A stretch of DNA of 64,000 nt from an uncultured Gammaproteobacteria bacterium. Its GTDB lineage: Bacteria; Pseudomonadota; Gammaproteobacteria; UBA9214. The translations under genes were made by a program, and so were the position numbers. Positions 59,583 through 64,000 of the stretch are shown here, one piece after another. The stretch's first letter is position 1, and the number at the start of each line of letters is the position of its first letter. The stretch is taken from NCBI GenBank assembly GCA_963773065.1, contig CAVYZN010000033.1:37414-101413 (forward strand). Direction: 5' to 3'. The notes below the pieces were generated by a model. It was not told the origin of the DNA. It was given only the letters and a program-made list of their open reading frames with translations, and made no database searches.

Positions 59583-61289
59583 CTAGTTGACGCCGGTCAG
59601 TGCGTACTTGATGAGCTGACCCATTGTGACGTTTCGCCCGCCAATAAGCGGTTCCCAATTCAGATCCTGTAGCAGATACGAATGACCATCCCCATACACC
59701 AGCCCGATCAGGGTTTCGGCGACGATGCGACCACCCACCGGTCCCAGCGTCACAGGCTCTTCGTCGCCCTTGCTGCCGGGTTTGGATGCGCGCTTGTACC
59801 AATAGTGCTGCGCTTCCGCCAGGATGTAGTACCAAAGCGGCGCGTTGTCCGCGAACGACGAGTCGATCTCAGTGATGGATTTGGCCGCCTTCATATCAGC
59901 AACAATGGCCTTGCCCACCTTCAAGTCTTTGTCAGCAATCACAGGCAGGCCCATGGCGCGCGCCACGGTTTGACCACTTGGCATTTGTAATGACAAGCCG
60001 CGTAGCAAGTTGCGCGCCGCAAGGTTGGCAGGGTCGTTAATCGCGTCGATGGGCTTGGCTTGTAGCTGTTCGATAGTAAGTGGTGGCGTCAGTGGCACCA
60101 CTTTGGAAAACTCCGGCAAGAAACCCAGTGGATTAACCAGCGAGGTGTCGATCTTATAAGCCGGTTGCGCGCGCTGCATGCCACCCATGGCACCCGAGCC
60201 GTCGATGTCGAAGAATAGACTCCAGTCAATCGCCCATTGGCTTGGGAATTCGCCAAAGCCATTGAGCGCGCGCTGTGCCACACCGGCAAACACAAAGAAG
60301 CGGCCTTCGAGTCCGCGCGCCTTCTCATCGGGAGTTGCAACAAGTGGATCGTCACCGCCTTTGAGTTCGGTGTTCAGCCGGTAAATCGGCCGTACCATCG
60401 AATGGCCGAAGCGGTAGGCCGCTACCGAAAATTCCAGCGGTATGAACGGCGTGTTGTGCCAATGGAAGAACTGCAGCTTGGGTTTTTTTTCAGCGGCGCT
60501 TGCGCTCGACAAGCGATGCGGCAGTATCTCGTTAATAAGTTCCGTGCCACAGATGCGCGGCAAGAAGTCGTTGAGCACTACGTACTGGTAATGCCAGCGC
60601 ACCATGCGCTGCACGTCGTCAAAGGTCGCGCCTTTTGGCATAAGGTCGTCGACAAACCGGTTATGCAGCTGCAAGAAAGCGCAATGCAACTGCGAGACAA
60701 TCACGTTTTCGTCGTTACGCTTGTCGCCGATTAGCGCACGAGCCGGCGTGTTGGGGTTCTCGGGGTCACGGTAGCGCGGCAGGTCACGAGAGGGCGTGGG
60801 TTTGTTCAGCGCCAACAATGGCTTACCCAGACGAAACTTGTCACCGAGATACATGTAAGGCTGGTCGGATGGTCCACGACCATATAGGCTGTCCAGATCG
60901 AGTCGTGGCGTACGGAAGTCAACCAAACTTTCTGGATCGTTTTGCTGCATCAAGCTTGAAGCGGGATCAAAAGTGATGTCATGGTCAATGAATTGCCCCA
61001 AGTAGGTGTATCCCGCATCAATGCCGGCGTTTTCTTCGTCATCTTGAATGTGATCAGCTGTTTCAAGCGCGGCCTTGGGTTTGGGTGGATTGTCATCGGC
61101 ACCTTCTGCAGGTGCGGTCATGGCCTGACCTAGCGCGAGCAGCGCGGGTTTTAGATGGACGGCCACAGGCAATTCGCGAAACATTCTGCCAAAGCGGCCT
61201 TCAAATAGTGAAGACTGTCGACGCACATCGGCGCCACGGATACCGCCACCATGCGGCGTGAATGAACTTTTGCTCATGCTTGATTTCAT
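59583..61289 (-). CDS. Heme peroxidase, peroxidase-cyclooxygenase (animal-type) superfamily
   Basis: Distal GQFIDHD, GDKRNDEN and RWHYQ; proximal AYRFGHSMVR; C-terminal PLWYY and LGPVGGRIVAE; AAAGGAG RBS. Confidence 0.9.
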   Translation of the reverse strand: MKSSMSKSSFTPHGGGIRGADVRRQSSLFEGRFGRMFRELPVAVHLKPALLALGQAMTAPAEGADDNPPKPKAALETADHIQDDEENAGIDAGYTYLGQFIDHDITFDPASSLMQQNDPESLVDFRTPRLDLDSLYGRGPSDQPYMYLGDKFRLGKPLLALNKPTPSRDLPRYRDPENPNTPARALIGDKRNDENVIVSQLHCAFLQLHNRFVDDLMPKGATFDDVQRMVRWHYQYVVLNDFLPRICGTELINEILPHRLSSASAAEKKPKLQFFHWHNTPFIPLEFSVAAYRFGHSMVRPIYRLNTELKGGDDPLVATPDEKARGLEGRFFVFAGVAQRALNGFGEFPSQWAIDWSLFFDIDGSGAMGGMQRAQPAYKIDTSLVNPLGFLPEFSKVVPLTPPLTIEQLQAKPIDAINDPANLAARNLLRGLSLQMPSGQTVARAMGLPVIADKDLKVGKAIVADMKAAKSITEIDSSFADNAPLWYYILAEAQHYWYKRASKPGSKGDEEPVTLGPVGGRIVAETLIGLVYGDGHSYLLQDLNWEPLIGGRNVTMGQLIKYALTGVN

Positions 61290-61336
61290 GATTCACTCCT
61301 TTCTGTGATGTGAACGAATACGAGGTCACTAAACAA

Positions 61337-63807
61337 TTAAGCGAGATGAATCCAGCTCGCCACCGAGGGCACTCCCTGCTGCGTCACGATGAACAGCATG
61401 TACCAGCCGGGTGGGGCGAGGTTGGCATTGTCGGTGAGAGTGGCTTTGATGGTTCCGGCTGCTTGCGAAACGATGTTCAAATCGACCAGGCGCTGACTGC
61501 AATCGAATGAATGGGTGGTCACGCAGTTTCTGATGATACTCACCCAGCGAATGTTGCCGGCATTGGGCGAGATGATGGTGATAGTTTGTCCGTAGTTCCA
61601 CTGCGGCGGCACCGCGTTGATCACCGGCCGTGCGCCTTTGAACAAGTACGGCGGACTGAAAATTTCGACGCGCATTTCTTCTTCGGGATCGGGTGGTTCC
61701 CATTTGACGGATTTTCCGCCTTCGGGGTTACCGCCTGCGGCAACCACGCGTCCGTCAGGCAACAACACCGCAGTGGAGTGATACAGACGCGCAACGCTGG
61801 CAGTGGCCATTAAACGCCAGCTGTTTGTCGAGGGGTCGTACAGCTCTGCTTGGCGGCGAGCTAAAGGCTCATCTTCCTGCTTGAGCGAACCGCCCGAAAT
61901 AAATACGGTGTGATCGGGCAGCAGCACTGCATTCAAATGCAGTCGCGCCAAACAGAGGGCGGGTCCTTCCACATAAACGGGATTCGCTGCATTGAGATCG
62001 ACTATGCTGACTTTATCGGTAGCATCGGTCTTGTCGGGCTTGCCCACCGGTCCGCCGCCGATGACCATGACTTTCTGATCCTGCGCCGGTGGCAGCAGCA
62101 CGCTCGCGGACTGATTGCGAAAATTCGGTTCGAGCAAATCCGGCACTGGCTGCGTTTGCGCCGGATTGTTGGCGAGATTGATGATGCACGGTGTGGTGGG
62201 TCGCGCATCGTCCATACGTCCGCCCGAAAAAAATATCCGGCCGTCCTTGAGTAGGAACAAATGCGCATACAGCGGCAGGCCTTGAAACGTTTGCGGATCG
62301 CCGGCAATGTGTTTCAGCTGCCAGGTGTTGTTGGCGGGGGTATAAATTTCCAACGCATCGTTCAAGGCATTGCCCGCTTCGGTGAGACCGCTGGCGGCCA
62401 GTACCTGGCCGTCGGCGAGTGAAATCAACGTCGGATACCAGCGGCCATGCGCCATGCTGGCGGCAAACGTCCATTTTTGTGTATCCGGATTAAAGATCAC
62501 GCAATCGTTGCGGCCGAGGAACAAGGGGTTGTCGGTGTATAGCAGCGTGCCACCCGCGACCAGCAAGCGACCATCGACCAGGAATTCATGACCGGCGCAG
62601 AAAAAATCAAAGGGCTTGCCGTTCGCGGTGTGCAGCGTCGCCGGGAAAAAGAAGTTGGCATTGTTCGACGAGGGAGCAGTGGGATCCCACACTGCACTCA
62701 TTTGAACACCTTGTGCTTCATTGCCAAACAGCGGGCTTTCAAACCGCGTGCGGCTGCTGCCGGAACCGGCAAAGAACAACACCTTGCCCTTGGGCAAGAC
62801 GGCGGTGTGGACGGCGAGGACACCGGAATGAAAACCCTGCAAGTCCCAACGACCGTATTGCGCGGGATCGTGCTGCAGGTCGAGTATTTGATAGAAGCCC
62901 GCGTTCTGCGGCGGCGGATTATCGACCAGCAACGCAAACAACTTCAGCTTGCCGTTGAGCGTGGCCACGGCAATGCCGCCGCCCTGGTTCTCCCACGAAA
63001 ACCAATGCGGCACGCCCAGCCAGTCGCTCCAGTTGTTGGTGTTGCCGTCGGCATCGATGTTCCTGCCGATGCGGAAGAATGCTTGGTTCCGATTGTTGGG
63101 TGCATTGTCGACATGAAACACAATCAAGTCGGTGGTGCCATTGTTATCGAGATCGGCAAGGGCAATGCCGGCGCCCTGGTTTTCCCAGGGAAACCAGTCC
63201 GGAACGTCGACCCACGCATTGCTCCAGCCGCCGGTCACGTTGCCCAGTGCATCCAGCTTGCGGCCGATGCGATACACGCCGCGATTGGCGGCCAGTCCGT
63301 TGTCGATCATGAATATGAACAGATCGCAGCGCCCCTGCGCATCGGGCCGACCCAGCGTGATCGCGGCATCCTGGTTCTCCCATGAGAACCAGTCGGGCAC
63401 TTCGATCCAGGGCGTCCAGCCGCCGGTTACATTGCCCAGTGCATCCAATTTGCGACCAACACGAAACAGACTGCGATTTTTTTGCGGCGTACTGTCGACC
63501 ATCAACACCACCAGGTCTTGCTGGCCATCTAGATCGAGATCGGCGACGGCGAGCCGGCCCCCTGGTTTTCCCATGAGAACCAGTCGGGCACTTCGACCCA
63601 CGGTGTCCAATTGCCCGCGACCGCACCGTCCGCCGCCAGCGTTTTACCGACGCGATACATCCCGCGGTTTTGACCATCGGGGTTGTCGATCATGAACACA
63701 ATGAGATCGAGTGTGCCGTCGTTGCCAAGACTGGCCACGGCAATATCGGCCCCCTGGTTATCCCACGAGAACCAATCCGGAATCGGCATGAATTCGTTGG
63801 CGGGCAT
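61337..63807 (-). CDS. Copper-radical oxidase (galactose oxidase-like kelch + DUF1929) with N-terminal Trp-rich repeats; frameshift near 63560
   Basis: FCAGH, RWYPT, RLYHST, TTHSF active-site motifs and APPGWYMLF; start MPANEF with AAGGAG RBS. Confidence 0.9.
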
Positions 63808-64000
63808 CGCGGCACTCCTTGGTCCTTGAACTGCGCTGATCGACGCGCAGTCCCAAATGGTGGCCACCTCAATGGCGTGGCGACCATAACAACTCAACCG
63901 CCGCCGTGTAATCGGCATTCAACACCGGCTGACGCATTAAGCAGACAGCGCTGGATTTGTGCGCTAGTAAGATTAAACGTCCTTTTTCCCCAAGTCCAGA

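Noticed and set aside
62880-63790. Oxidase repeats as a diversity-generating retroelement template/variable pair
   Set aside because: No reverse transcriptase is visible, and the repeats are in-frame protein units of a single gene.

Overview
This window is gammaproteobacterial chromosome, probably from a sulfur-storing sulfur oxidiser (inferred from a sulfur-globule protein and a BigR/SqrR-type repressor). Bases 1-56.5 kb are mostly core genes: folE2-ispA-xseB, rubrerythrin/Fe-S oxidoreductase/DUF3501, parEC, ppx, a 12-26.5 kb block of lipid, signalling and hypothetical genes, ispG, lexA, purU, the mre/mrd cell-wall cluster, gatCAB, pdxB, moeB, and hemA-prfA-prmC divergent from TPR-lolB-ispE-tRNA-Gln-prs-rplY-pth-ychF-tRNA-Met. 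Many essential genes are split by single-base indels, which points to an unpolished long-read consensus, so frameshifts are treated as errors and some ends are approximate. An integrative island starts just after tRNA-Met. It holds a tyrosine integrase, a truncated excisionase-like gene, a 180-nt poly-A (probable gap), an IS481-like element and an IS91 remnant. It also carries the most interesting locus: a two-gene operon pairing a copper-radical (galactose oxidase-like) oxidase, which has five Trp-rich ~64-aa N-terminal repeats, with an animal-type heme peroxidase. Neither protein has a visible signal peptide.
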